Positions 10,210 through 20,414 of a stretch of 64,000 nucleotides of DNA are shown one piece after another (the stretch's first letter is position 1; the number at the start of each line of letters is the position of its first letter). Source of the stretch: an uncultured archaeon (GTDB lineage: Archaea > Asgardarchaeota > Lokiarchaeia > Sigyniarchaeales > SOKP01); assembly GCA_964508365.1 (NCBI GenBank), contig CAZDTP010000002.1:32001-96000 (forward strand). Reading direction: 5' to 3'. The notes beneath the pieces were generated by a model, which was not told the DNA's origin, did no database searches, and saw only the letters and a program-made list of their open reading frames with translations. The translations under genes and the position numbers were made by a program.

Positions 10210-10331
10210 ATATGGATCGTCCAATATATTTAAATCAATCAAGTATAATTTAATCCAATATAAAAAAAAGAAATTAAACTCAAGATATTGAAACAAAATA
10301 TACTGTTATATCGAATTATTTTAAAAAGAGG

Positions 10332-10538
10332 TTGAATAGTATGAATGTACTAAGATTAATTGCATCTATAATTTTGACGAGCATTAGTTTTTTTATAGTA
10401 TTTCTAGGTGTGTTTCTTGGAATTAGTATGGGGTATGCATTTACAACACCAATAATGGGGATTGTTCTGGGCCTTTTGTGCCTTAGTTTGGGAACGGTAG
10501 GAATCCTATTCATGATAGATGCAATCAAAGAGAATTAA
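10332..10538 (+). CDS. Small two-TM membrane protein
   Basis: 68 aa with two Gly-rich hydrophobic helices. Confidence 0.55.
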   Translation: MNSMNVLRLIASIILTSISFFIVFLGVFLGISMGYAFTTPIMGIVLGLLCLSLGTVGILFMIDAIKEN

Positions 10539-10789
10539 TAGTAAGAAGCGCTTACGATGATATAGAGTGTTAGTAAAAAGATCTTATCTGAAACGAAATA
10601 ATAACTAAAACTTTTTTTCCTTCTTATTTTATTGAGGGGAGATTGAAGCAACTCATCATTTTTCCTTTAAATTCGGAATTTTTAATTCTATCAGAATTAA
10701 ATATTATTAATAATTCTTAGAAAAAAAAATCTTAAATACTAATAGATTTAATCTTAAAATTCAAATAAATGAAATTAGAATTTAAACTA

Positions 10790-10830
10790 AAAATATAACA
10801 AAAACAAAAAAAAGAAAATAAAGAAATTTT
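10790..10830 (-). terminator. Oligo-T tract downstream of the histone gene, candidate archaeal intrinsic terminator
   Basis: Minus strand reads TTTCTTTATTTTCTTTTTTTTGTTTTG shortly after the histone stop. Confidence 0.45.
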
Positions 10831-10861
10831 AATAGTTTTGAGCTTTCTGGAAATCGCTGAT

Positions 10862-11068
10862 TTAGATTAAATTAATAGCGATTTTCATATCAGCTTGAGT
10901 TACTTTCTTACGACCAGAGTGTTTAGCGATATCTAAAGCACAGCCAGTTAAAGTTTTGGCATATTCTTCTAAATAATCCATTAACTTATCTACTGCGGCT
11001 CTACTTACGATTTCTGCTCCAGCCTTTTTCATTAAAGCCCGTAAAGGACTCCATGCAAATGCAGCCAT
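10862..11068 (-). CDS. Archaeal histone (HMf-type, tail-less)
   Basis: 68-aa histone fold: ...RALMKKAGAEIVS...A...AKHSGRKKVT.ADMKIA. Confidence 0.95.
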   Translation of the reverse strand: MAAFAWSPLRALMKKAGAEIVSRAAVDKLMDYLEEYAKTLTGCALDIAKHSGRKKVTQADMKIAINLI

Positions 11069-11854
11069 TTTTTTATTCCTCCACTAATTCTAAAATTTTT
11101 AAAATTTTGTTTTAAATTTATATTGGTAATTATATTTAAATTGGAATTTCTTATATTTAAATGTGTTGGTTGATCATAGATTATTCGATTAATTATATCT
11201 CCCAATTCTGGTCGACAAAAAAAAATCTTATTGATAAAAAATAATTTTTTTACTAGCAATATCAGATCACTAGATCTGATCAAATATTGAGTTCAGATGA
11301 TACGGTTGATCAGTTAATCAATATTAATATAAGACTGTTTGGTAAAATAATTTAACCAATGAATTAATAATCATTATGTAAATAAGATTCTATCATATCG
11401 AAATTTCTTTTTCTTGACTTTTCCTCATTTAAAGGGAATCTATTCAATTTTCCCAATAAATTGGGTCATTTAAAAGAATAGATTCAAGAACTGAAGTTCA
11501 TATTCCTCTTATCAGTTACGTTTTTTAGAAATTATTCCTAATTTAAAAAAAAAATCTCAAGAGGTAAGGTTTATAAAAAAAAGGTATTCTAATAATATCC
11601 AACGTAGAAATTATGAGTGGAATTTCCAAACTCATGATGTAGTTATTCACGATGTCACTTCTAATGAGTGTGTAAAGAAAATGCATTACAAAATACTTGA
11701 AACGCTCGTACTTAAGGATGGTTTTAATGGACCTTCTATTATTTAAAATTTAAAAGAAAAAAATCTACGTGTAATAAATTCCAATCAGTACAAAATGTTT
11801 CTAATCTTAACATTATTTAATTTTGGCGAAACTGATTTAAATTGTTTTGAATGA

Positions 11855-12778
11855 CTAATTTTGGAAGGATTTATTGATCTTTCCCCTCTCTACTTGTCCA
11901 AGTTTAGTTTGGCGTCTGTAGAGTAAAAAAGAGCTACTAATAATGAAAATTAATCCAATTATCAAATAGAATACTGAAAGAATATTTGGGGGCATCGATA
12001 TAAATATAATAAAAAAAGCTATTACTGGTATTACCTGAATCGGAACGCTCGTTAAAGGTACTAAAATATTAGCTTGGCCATATTTAAGCGAAATTTGTCC
12101 TATAGTAATTCCAATTGTAACAATCAGGAGAAGGATTATACCAATTATAATTCCAAAAATAATTTCATGTTCTATTATAATTCCATCAACTACATGAGTT
12201 ACAACTGTAGTTCCAGGACTCGCCCAAACCGTATTCAGAGAGAGAATTAACCCCGCTTCGATTGCCATTATTAAGCCTTTAGACTTCTCGTGTTTTCTAC
12301 GTAATATTTCAAAAAGAAATGCTAAAGAAAGAATAACAATCGTAAACACAATTATTCTTAAAATAAAACCAGAATCAAGGATATTGAATGTAAAAACATC
12401 AATTGATAAATTACTTAGACCAAGTAAAGTAACCCCAACAATCATTAACAAGATACCAAAAATTTCTTCTTTCCCTAATTTTTCTCTTAAAATTTTAACG
12501 GAACCCATAGCAAGAATTATTAATCCTACAGACATTAGACCTGGAACAAGGGCAGGTCCTATAAAAATAATTGCTATAAAGTAAAAAACAAGTCCACCAA
12601 TAACAATTTGCAATAGAAGCCCCATGAACCATAATGGGCTTTTAACAAGACTTCTGATAAATTTTGGGTCATTGGAGTGTTTATTAATAACAGACTTTTG
12701 AATAAGAGCTCCGATATATACTACAATCCCCGCTAAGAGTGCGAAAATAATTCCGATAAAATAAGTTACATCAGACGT
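11855..12778 (-). CDS. DMT superfamily (NIPA/EamA-like) membrane transporter
   Basis: The track ORF starts at 12625, but the frame is open to an ACG at 12778 (xSDVTYFIGIIFALLAG...LIQKSV...LVKSPLWFMG), which supplies the expected first TM helix. Confidence 0.7.
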   Translation of the reverse strand, partial: TSDVTYFIGIIFALLAGIVVYIGALIQKSVINKHSNDPKFIRSLVKSPLWFMGLLLQIVIGGLVFYFIAIIFIGPALVPGLMSVGLIILAMGSVKILREKLGKEEIFGILLMIVGVTLLGLSNLSIDVFTFNILDSGFILRIIVFTIVILSLAFLFEILRRKHEKSKGLIMAIEAGLILSLNTVWASPGTTVVTHVVDGIIIEHEIIFGIIIGIILLLIVTIGITIGQISLKYGQANILVPLTSVPIQVIPVIAFFIIFISMPPNILSVFYLIIGLIFIISSSFLLYRRQTKLGQVERGKINKSFQN

Positions 12779-12876
12779 ATTTTATTTTCACTTTATTGGA
12801 TTGAATAATTAAAATATTTTATTTTCTATTCTTAATTATTTTTTCTATATTTTTTTAAAATAATCGATTTTTAAAG

Positions 12877-14853
12877 ATGACTTATAACATGAATAAACGT
12901 CCTTTTAACAAGCTCAAACCAATCTCGTTTGAAAATGTTAACATTAACGATGAATTTTGGTCAAGAAGACAACAGATCAATAGAGAATTATCAATTCACC
13001 ATCAGCATCAAATGTTAGAAGCAGATTCTCACATAGATAATTTTAGAGTTGCTTCAGGAATTAAAAAGGGAGTTCAGATCGGTGAGTTTTACTTTGATTC
13101 CGATTTATATAAATGGCTCGAAGCAGCTAGCAATATCTTACTCACACACAATGACGCTGATTTAGAAAAAAAAGTTAATGAGATCGTTGATTTAATTAAA
13201 AATTCTCAGACTCAAGATGGATATGTTAATACTTTTTATTCTACTAGGTTTTTACATAAAAGATTTACGAATATTTATCTTATGCATGAATTATATTGCG
13301 CGGGTCATCTTATCCAAGCTGCAATTGCCCATCAAAATGCAAGTGGAAGCAAAGACTTAATAAAAGTAGCCATTAAATTCGCTGATTTACTTGTAAGACT
13401 ATTTTTAGACGGAAAAAGAAAAGGTGTCCCTGGTCATGAAGAAATCGAAATGGCTTTAATCGAGTTATATAGAATAACAGAAAATTCAAAATACTTGAGT
13501 TTAGCTGAAGAGTTTATCAATCGAAGGGGAAACATTTCTAATTTTAAAACTTATGTTATAAATCAATATTTAGACATGATTTCTACCATTAATTCAGCAG
13601 AGAAAAAGAATCAAGAGTATCAGAAAGCAATGAAATCAACGCTTTCTATCACCGTGAAAGAAAGTGAGGTAGCTGAATGGGTTTCGAAACTTACTCTAAA
13701 AGGTCAATTAATACTCTTCAAAGAAAACTTGAACGGGAACTATATTCAATCAAATATTCCAGTAAGAGAAATTTTCGAACCAGTTGGGCACGCTGTTAGG
13801 GCAATGTATTTATTTTGTGGAATTGCCGATCTTTATTCTGAAATAGGAGACAAAACATTATTAAAAGCCCTTCGTAGAGTATGGTTGAAAATGGTTAAAG
13901 CCAGAATGTATATTACTGGTGGAATTGGATCTGAAAGAGGCACAGAAGGTTTTAAAAAAGATTTTGCTTTAAAAAATGAAGATTCTTATTCTGAAACTTG
14001 TGCTGCTATCGGGAACATGATGTGGAATCTAAGAATGCTCCAAATAACAAACAACTGCAAGTATGCAGATTTAATAGAGTTAATAATATATAACGCGATG
14101 TTGGTTGGACAATCAACTAATGGTATTAAATACACATACGACAATCCTTTAGTTTCACATGGTAAAGATATAAGATTTGAATGGTTTCGTTGTGCGTGTT
14201 GTCCTCCTAATGTTGCTCGAACTATTAGTTCTATAGGTAAATATATTTATAGCACATCAGAGAAAGGTATCTGGATTCATCAATATATTGGGAATAATGC
14301 TAATATTGACTTCGGTTCAAACACGATTAAAGTAAGTCAAAAAACTGGATTTCCATGGATGGGTGATGTAAATATTAAACTTAATTTAAGTAAGAGTCAA
14401 AAATTCTCGATATTCCTTAGAATTCCGAGGTGGAGTATCGAAACCGAGCTAAAAATTAATGGTGAACGATATTATAATAACTTATCTAGCGGGAAATATG
14501 TGGAAATTATAAGAAACTGGTTAGATAACGATAATTTGGACATAACTTTCAAAATGAGAGCAAAATTTGTCGAAAGTGACCAAAGAATCAAGAACAATAG
14601 GGGTAGAGTAGTGATATCTAATGGCCCCTTAATTTACTGCTTAGAACAAAATGACAATAAGAATTTCGATATATTTACGGCAATTATTAAAAAGGATCAG
14701 GATTTAAGTGTTATGTTCGAAACAGATTTGTTAGGAGGTGTCAATATCATTACTGGGACAACTAACGATGGCAGTAAATTTACTGCAATTCCGTATTTTG
14801 CATGGAATAATAGAGGGGCAGATAATATGCAAGTTTGGTGTCTAGCAAGTTGA
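12877..14853 (+). CDS. Glycoside hydrolase family 127 (beta-L-arabinofuranosidase-like, DUF1680)
   Basis: DSDLYKWLEA, HELYCAGH, GHEEIE, GHAVRAMY, YSETCA, CACCPPN. Confidence 0.93.
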   Translation: MTYNMNKRPFNKLKPISFENVNINDEFWSRRQQINRELSIHHQHQMLEADSHIDNFRVASGIKKGVQIGEFYFDSDLYKWLEAASNILLTHNDADLEKKVNEIVDLIKNSQTQDGYVNTFYSTRFLHKRFTNIYLMHELYCAGHLIQAAIAHQNASGSKDLIKVAIKFADLLVRLFLDGKRKGVPGHEEIEMALIELYRITENSKYLSLAEEFINRRGNISNFKTYVINQYLDMISTINSAEKKNQEYQKAMKSTLSITVKESEVAEWVSKLTLKGQLILFKENLNGNYIQSNIPVREIFEPVGHAVRAMYLFCGIADLYSEIGDKTLLKALRRVWLKMVKARMYITGGIGSERGTEGFKKDFALKNEDSYSETCAAIGNMMWNLRMLQITNNCKYADLIELIIYNAMLVGQSTNGIKYTYDNPLVSHGKDIRFEWFRCACCPPNVARTISSIGKYIYSTSEKGIWIHQYIGNNANIDFGSNTIKVSQKTGFPWMGDVNIKLNLSKSQKFSIFLRIPRWSIETELKINGERYYNNLSSGKYVEIIRNWLDNDNLDITFKMRAKFVESDQRIKNNRGRVVISNGPLIYCLEQNDNKNFDIFTAIIKKDQDLSVMFETDLLGGVNIITGTTNDGSKFTAIPYFAWNNRGADNMQVWCLAS

Positions 14854-14913
14854 TTAGTCTAAATTCATCTCTTCAAGAAAAAAAAATAACAATTTTATAA
14901 AAAATTCAGTTTA

Positions 14914-15441
14914 TTAATTAGGTTTATATCTTTCAAAAAGAGTTTCAGTTATAACATCAAATGACCTCTCAACATTTTCACCCGTTTTAGAAGATAATTC
15001 TATAAATGAAGATAAATTATATTTTTTAGCAGCTAAAATCCCTTCCTCCCTTGTAACAGCTCGGAATTCCTTTAAATCCACTTTAGAACCAATTAACATA
15101 ATTGGAATATCTCCAGCATGTTCTCGTATGATTTGAGTCCAATCAGGTAAATGGTCTAAAGACAAGCGATTAGTAATGTCATATAAGAAGAAGGCAGCGT
15201 TTGCTCCTTTGCAATATTGATGTAGGAGAAATCTAAATCTTTCTTCCCCGCCAAAATCCCAAATTTGCAATTTTACTTTTTTCTTATTAAAATTAGTTGT
15301 TTTTGAATAAAAATCTACTCCAATGGTTAATTTAAGGTCATCTAGGAAGAAACCAGAGATATATCTAATAGTAAGAGATGTTTTCCCAACAGCCGCGTCC
15401 CCTAGCATCATTATTTTCCAAGTAAAATCGTAGCTTGCCAA
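14914..15441 (-). CDS. Rab-like small GTPase
   Basis: GDAAVGKT, TIGVDF, WDFGGE, GSKVD, LSSK. Confidence 0.93.
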   Translation of the reverse strand: MASYDFTWKIMMLGDAAVGKTSLTIRYISGFFLDDLKLTIGVDFYSKTTNFNKKKVKLQIWDFGGEERFRFLLHQYCKGANAAFFLYDITNRLSLDHLPDWTQIIREHAGDIPIMLIGSKVDLKEFRAVTREEGILAAKKYNLSSFIELSSKTGENVERSFDVITETLFERYKPN

Positions 15442-15609
15442 ATTTCTTAACCCATATTTATAAATGGTTATTAATATTTTTCTGAACTCAAATATTTAAT
15501 ATTGATAGGTTTGACCTAATTATATTTATCTTTCTAAGATTTTTTAAATGTTTGTTTTTATTTATTTTTCAATACTTTTAAACCTTTTAGCGCAATGAAC
15601 CTCTTCTAC

Positions 15610-16263
15610 TCAAAATATTAGAAGTAAAATATTTAAACTGGAATGAGCGATAGAGCTTGGGAGTAGAGAGCCTTTAAATGCGACGAAAACTAATGATAAC
15701 AGAATACCAAAAGTGAAATAATAACCAAAAAAAGTTATGATTGTAGTTAAAGGTACGAGGAAAGGAGGAACGTGATATATTGCGAACAAAAATGAAGAAA
15801 GAATGATAGAGTAGATTAACTTTACTTTATATTTGCTTTTGTTGATGACAAATCCTCTAAAAAACGCCTCTTCACAGGGACCAATAATGATGATCTGAAT
15901 TGTTATAAGAAGTGATAATTGAAGAAAATTAGGATTTATCGGTTGGGTAGAAATCGCGTTACCTATACCATCTTCAATAAATTGTGCTCCAAAAAGATTT
16001 TGAATTATAAATCTCATATAAAAAGTCATTAATAAATCACTAATGAAGAAGAAAAAGATTCCGATTAATGTCCCAGTAAAAATTTTTAATATTATATTTT
16101 TAATTTTTGGACTTTTTACATAAAAACCAAGTTCTTTAACTTCTACTATGAAAGGGATTTTTTCTATTTTTGCGGCAATTAATGAAGGAAAAAGAATGAA
16201 TAAAATTTCAGCAAACGAGATTAAGAACAATATATTCGGATCTGTTCCTAAATTAATTGCCAT
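15610..16263 (-). CDS. CPBP (Abi/CAAX protease II) family intramembrane metalloprotease
   Basis: All three motifs intact: EEAFFRG, FAIYH, AHSSLN. Confidence 0.9.
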   Translation of the reverse strand: MAINLGTDPNILFLISFAEILFILFPSLIAAKIEKIPFIVEVKELGFYVKSPKIKNIILKIFTGTLIGIFFFFISDLLMTFYMRFIIQNLFGAQFIEDGIGNAISTQPINPNFLQLSLLITIQIIIIGPCEEAFFRGFVINKSKYKVKLIYSIILSSFLFAIYHVPPFLVPLTTIITFFGYYFTFGILLSLVFVAFKGSLLPSSIAHSSLNILLLIF

Positions 16264-16354
16264 TTTTAAAGTGATTATCTACTAATTCTAATCATAAAAA
16301 TTATTAATTTTAATCTCTCTTCATTTATTTAATTACCTCTCTTCATTTTAAATC

Positions 16355-17638
16355 TTGATGACAGTTAGAAATAATGCATTAAATCAGAGGAATATAGACT
16401 TTAATTCTAATTCTTTTGACTCAACTAGCTCTGTTGACTTCGGTTTTACCAAAGAACATATTTTGCTAATAAATTTAAAAAATATTGCCCAAGAATATAT
16501 TGAAATCGAACGAATAAAGAAAAAATTTGTAGAAATACTATTAACTAATCTTGAAAATCTGAATTTTGAAGAATTGTTGAAATATCCAAGTTATGATATT
16601 AAAGAAGATTTTATTAGAAAACCAATTTCGGCATCTAACATAAGAGGACTAAATGTAATAAGTGTCGATGGGAGCTCTGTTGTAAAAAAATTCATGAATG
16701 TAGATTTTTCTTTCTTAAAAGCTATTGCTGTGAAGTACTATTTTTATGAAAATCAATCATCTCGAATAGAATACTTTCCTGATTTAACAGGGTTTAATAA
16801 TTATAATGTCCAAGGAAATTATTTGAATAGGGAGGAAAATGCAGTAGAAGCCAAAATTTCAATGGAAATGACTTTTATGGAAATTAATCTTTTAAATAAA
16901 TTAATTGAAAAGAAGAGCGAAGTTGACATAATTATTTTAGATGGTTCAATCGTAATAATGCCCATCAATCTGATATTTACTAAGGATTCCGAAATTTCTA
17001 AGAGATATGATAAATTATTAAGGGAATATCAAAAACTTTATTCTAATTGCATTGAGAAGGGAATAATTTTGATCGGTTCGATAAAAGATACACGTACATC
17101 AGCATTAACTAATCTATTAAGAAGCACCATACAGATGTTAAAACCTAATGCTACGAATCTATCTGATTTCACAAAAATTAATTATCGTCAGATTTTAGAT
17201 TACTTTTCTGATTTGGATCTATACAATAGAGTATTGCGGAAAACAGAGAGAAGTTGCATTTTCAATTGTAAAAAAGAAGTAGATAAAATAAGGGATACGG
17301 GGATAAAAAAAGAAATCCCATACTATTTCCCTTTTAATTTTTATGCGTTCTACTTGAAAACTGCGGCTTATGATACTCCATGTAGAATTGAGTTTTTTAT
17401 GGATGAACTATGCAATTTAGAAGAAGCATCAGAAAAAGCTGATTTAATATCTTCAATTCTCCTACCGATCTCAAGCTTAAATGAATTTTATGGACTACCA
17501 ATACCTCAAATCGAAGCACATAAAAGAGCTGTATTCAAACCCCAAGAAATCGATCTATTGTTTAATAGTTTATCTAGAACATTGAATGTTCATGGAGTAT
17601 CTTTGTTAGAAAAACGTAGAACGAGGAGACCCTTTTAA
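16355..17638 (+). CDS. nurA: NurA-domain nuclease
   Basis: VISVDGS, IILDGS, GSIKD and C-terminal G.P.PQIEAH motifs. Confidence 0.82.
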   Translation: MMTVRNNALNQRNIDFNSNSFDSTSSVDFGFTKEHILLINLKNIAQEYIEIERIKKKFVEILLTNLENLNFEELLKYPSYDIKEDFIRKPISASNIRGLNVISVDGSSVVKKFMNVDFSFLKAIAVKYYFYENQSSRIEYFPDLTGFNNYNVQGNYLNREENAVEAKISMEMTFMEINLLNKLIEKKSEVDIIILDGSIVIMPINLIFTKDSEISKRYDKLLREYQKLYSNCIEKGIILIGSIKDTRTSALTNLLRSTIQMLKPNATNLSDFTKINYRQILDYFSDLDLYNRVLRKTERSCIFNCKKEVDKIRDTGIKKEIPYYFPFNFYAFYLKTAAYDTPCRIEFFMDELCNLEEASEKADLISSILLPISSLNEFYGLPIPQIEAHKRAVFKPQEIDLLFNSLSRTLNVHGVSLLEKRRTRRPF

Positions 17639-17645
17639 TAAAACT

Positions 17646-18338
17646 TTAAAGTCCTTCCAATCGGTTCAATATTATATCTTCAAAAAACATATGCTTTTTA
17701 TTTAAAATTCTATTCCGAAACCCTCGAATTTCCAACTCATCATTTAATTGACTTAAATCTGCTAAACTTGAACTAATATAATAAATATAATATTTTTGAT
17801 CTGAATTTAAAAAATTTTTCACTTGTCTTATAAATTCAAGGAATACATCAAAACCATGCTCTCCTCCATCCCAATTAGAATCACTACGCCTACGAATAAT
17901 ACCGTCTTCTTTATAGCTAATAGATGGTAAATAAGGGGGATTAAAAACAATAATATCGAACGAGCGTTGAAGACTCGGCGGAAATTTTCTAAATAAATCA
18001 GATTTGATAAAAGTAATGCTATCCTTGTAATTTTTTGTTCCCTCGTTTAATGTTGCACATCTGATAGCAGCATCTGATATATCCGATGCATATATTTTAG
18101 ATGTGAATTTCGATAAATATTTTTTAAATTCTTGAAGGAATAAAGCAATTATTCCAGTACCAGTTCCCATATCTAAAATCTTTCTAATTGACTTGATTGG
18201 TAAGCCATCAAAGAAATTTTCGTTAACTTTTTTTTTTAAATAATCAATAATTAAATAAGTATCATCGGAAGGAGGATATACATTTTTAAAAGTGTAAGGA
18301 ATAATTGGATCTGGAAAGAGATTAATATTTTTCACCAT
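17646..18338 (-). CDS. hemK: HemK/PrmC (MTQ2-like) protein-glutamine methyltransferase
   Basis: VYPPSDDT, LDMGTGTG, FNPPY, WDGG. Confidence 0.9.
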   Translation of the reverse strand: MVKNINLFPDPIIPYTFKNVYPPSDDTYLIIDYLKKKVNENFFDGLPIKSIRKILDMGTGTGIIALFLQEFKKYLSKFTSKIYASDISDAAIRCATLNEGTKNYKDSITFIKSDLFRKFPPSLQRSFDIIVFNPPYLPSISYKEDGIIRRRSDSNWDGGEHGFDVFLEFIRQVKNFLNSDQKYYIYYISSSLADLSQLNDELEIRGFRNRILNKKHMFFEDIILNRLEGL

Positions 18339-18347
18339 CTGAAGAGA

Positions 18348-19205
18348 TTAGTTGTTTAAGAATATAAAAAATTTCTTACTTAATTCAATGATTTCATCCA
18401 CACTAAAACGAGCCAGTTTATCGTTTTTTATTTGATTATCGTGAAAAAAAATTTCGATATGTTGCCTTGAGTAGTTAAAATTTTTATCATTTTTCAAAAA
18501 ATAGTATATAGCATTTACCATATTCTTATTTTTGTAAGGCATTATTCCAGCAACAAACTTTAAGAAGAAAGTCCTCCCATTGTCTGATAATAACATTTCA
18601 TCGATCGCTTTTCTAGGCTCGACAATAACTAAAGATAATTCAATTTTAGGTGTGGGAAAAAAATTAAATCTAGAAACCTTAAATTTCCTCACAGGTATCA
18701 TGAAAGCATTAAAGGTAACAGTTATTCTTGAGAATGATTTATAATTATTTCTGTTAAAAAGTCTCTCGGCAATATTATTTTCAATTATTAAAGCACCCCG
18801 AGGAGGTTGTGGGTTATAAAAAACCTTTTCAAATATTGGCCCTGTAATAGAATAAGGTATATTTGAAATTATAATATCATGCGAAGGAATTTTAGCTTTT
18901 AGAATATCTTCATTATATAGTTTTAAATTTTCATAGTTGGAAAATTTATTTGAAAGATAAGAAAACAAAACAGAATTTATTTCATAAGCATAGATTTGAT
19001 TTGAATATTTAACCAAATCTTCAGTTAGTGCTCCTAAACCTGGTCCTATTTCTAAGATTGATTGTTCTTTTTTAATTCTTGATTCTAAGATTATTTTAGC
19101 AACGGTATTTTTATCGATGAGAAAGTTTTGACCTAGATTTTTGTTTGGTCTAATTCCTAATTGTTTTAAGGTATATAGAACTTCGCTCTTATTCATATTA
19201 TTCAT
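18348..19205 (-). CDS. rsmA: 16S rRNA m6,2A dimethyltransferase KsgA/Dim1
   Basis: LGQNFL, EIGPGLG, SNIPYSI, F.PTPK. Confidence 0.95.
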   Translation of the reverse strand: MNNMNKSEVLYTLKQLGIRPNKNLGQNFLIDKNTVAKIILESRIKKEQSILEIGPGLGALTEDLVKYSNQIYAYEINSVLFSYLSNKFSNYENLKLYNEDILKAKIPSHDIIISNIPYSITGPIFEKVFYNPQPPRGALIIENNIAERLFNRNNYKSFSRITVTFNAFMIPVRKFKVSRFNFFPTPKIELSLVIVEPRKAIDEMLLSDNGRTFFLKFVAGIMPYKNKNMVNAIYYFLKNDKNFNYSRQHIEIFFHDNQIKNDKLARFSVDEIIELSKKFFIFLNN

Positions 19206-19861
19206 TCGTATTTATGAGTCTTCGAGAATAAGTAGTACTTTATTCCCTCACGTTGCAGTTCTTTTATGATTCTTAAAGCAAGTTGTTTTGCTGGATTTGA
19301 TAAGCTTGTTCGATCAGATATGTCTTGAAAGGTAGTGAATTTTTGTCTGTTTCTAGCATCTAGTATATCCCACATATGTTTCTGTCCTACTCCAGGCAAT
19401 AATTTAAGAGAATGCATTCTGGGAGTTATGGAAGTTGAGTTATTAAAGAAGTTTATAAATTCCTCCTCGTAATTTAATATTTCTTTTTCAAGTATAGGCT
19501 GAATTAGGGCTTTTGAAGTATTTGTTAGTTCTTGATAATCAATTTTTTTTAAAACTTCCCTCAATTTGTTTTGTTGCAGAAAGCTCTCATATAACCCTTT
19601 TTCTTGTATCTTTATATCTGATTCTCTGTTGCATTTAACTTCATATAATACAAAATCTGGAAAAGTAAGCACTTGAGCAACTGGTGTTTTTGACCAGCTT
19701 GGTTTATCTTCTTCAGGATGACCATGGAGTAATAAATCTAAGACGACAAGTTCTCGAAACTTCTTGATGAATTGTTTCTTTATTCTTGGCTCTCTTCTTT
19801 GATATCTGGGTTTTTGAGGAGGCCTTCTGTATCGATCCCGATTCCTTTCCATACCAACCAT
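19202..19861 (-). CDS. DUF655 putative RNA-binding protein with Arg/Pro-rich N-terminal extension
   Basis: MHSLKLLPGVG.K HhH-like motif. Occupies the conserved position between rpo4 and rsmA. Confidence 0.88.
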   Translation of the reverse strand: MVGMERNRDRYRRPPQKPRYQRREPRIKKQFIKKFRELVVLDLLLHGHPEEDKPSWSKTPVAQVLTFPDFVLYEVKCNRESDIKIQEKGLYESFLQQNKLREVLKKIDYQELTNTSKALIQPILEKEILNYEEEFINFFNNSTSITPRMHSLKLLPGVGQKHMWDILDARNRQKFTTFQDISDRTSLSNPAKQLALRIIKELQREGIKYYLFSKTHKYE

Positions 19862-20016
19862 TCTTATAATTGTTTACTATCCCGAAGTGCATAATTTATT
19901 ATTTTTTATATATTCCTTATTTAACAAGGATTGCTCATTAAAATTTAAAACAATTAGAATTTATAAATTCTTCGTTGTTTAATACATTATGGAAAAAATA
20001 TACGCTATTTTTATTT

Positions 20017-20382
20017 TTAGGAAGATTTAAGTTCTTCTATTTGCGCAAGAAGATCTTGTAATTGTTCGTCACTTAATGATTTTCCTGCAAAACTCTTCTC
20101 TAAAATCATTCTAATTTCCGGTACAGTGTGAGGATCAATGTTTACAATGGTAATTGCGTATGATTCTTCAATTTCGTATTTTTCGATTAACAATTTCTGA
20201 ACTTTTATCGCATCTTTTTCACTCATTTTAGCAAATTTATTAACATAATTATAAGTAATTTCTTGAAAGTGAGATAGACCTTCTTCACTGTCAATTTCTT
20301 CCATTTTCTCCTTGACAACTTCCATAATTTTTTTTACTTCTGGTATAGAAACAGTTTTTTCACTAATTTTTCGTCCAGACAT
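20017..20382 (-). CDS. rpo4: RNA polymerase subunit F (Rpo4)
   Basis: Y...FAK and ITIVNIDP.T..EIR motifs, plus operon context. Confidence 0.9.
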   Translation of the reverse strand: MSGRKISEKTVSIPEVKKIMEVVKEKMEEIDSEEGLSHFQEITYNYVNKFAKMSEKDAIKVQKLLIEKYEIEESYAITIVNIDPHTVPEIRMILEKSFAGKSLSDEQLQDLLAQIEELKSS

Positions 20383-20414
20383 ATATTTTTTCTCCCCTTT
20401 AATTGATAAATGTG

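Noticed and set aside
11032-11283. 83-aa ORF overlapping the histone start
   Set aside because: It overlaps the histone in another frame and reads like translated AT-rich promoter DNA.
11261-11325. C/D-box sRNA reading of the palindromic element (minus strand TTGATTA...CTGA...TTGATCA...CTGA)
   Set aside because: Both C boxes have two mismatches and I could not identify an rRNA/tRNA target. Kept only as an unexplained palindrome.
11585-11750. Protein-like fragments (NYEWNFQTHDVVIHDVTSNE / ENALQILETLVLKDGFNGPSII) across a 2-nt shift
   Set aside because: Could be a gene relic, but it has no start, is short and has no recognisable family, so it cannot be supported without a search.
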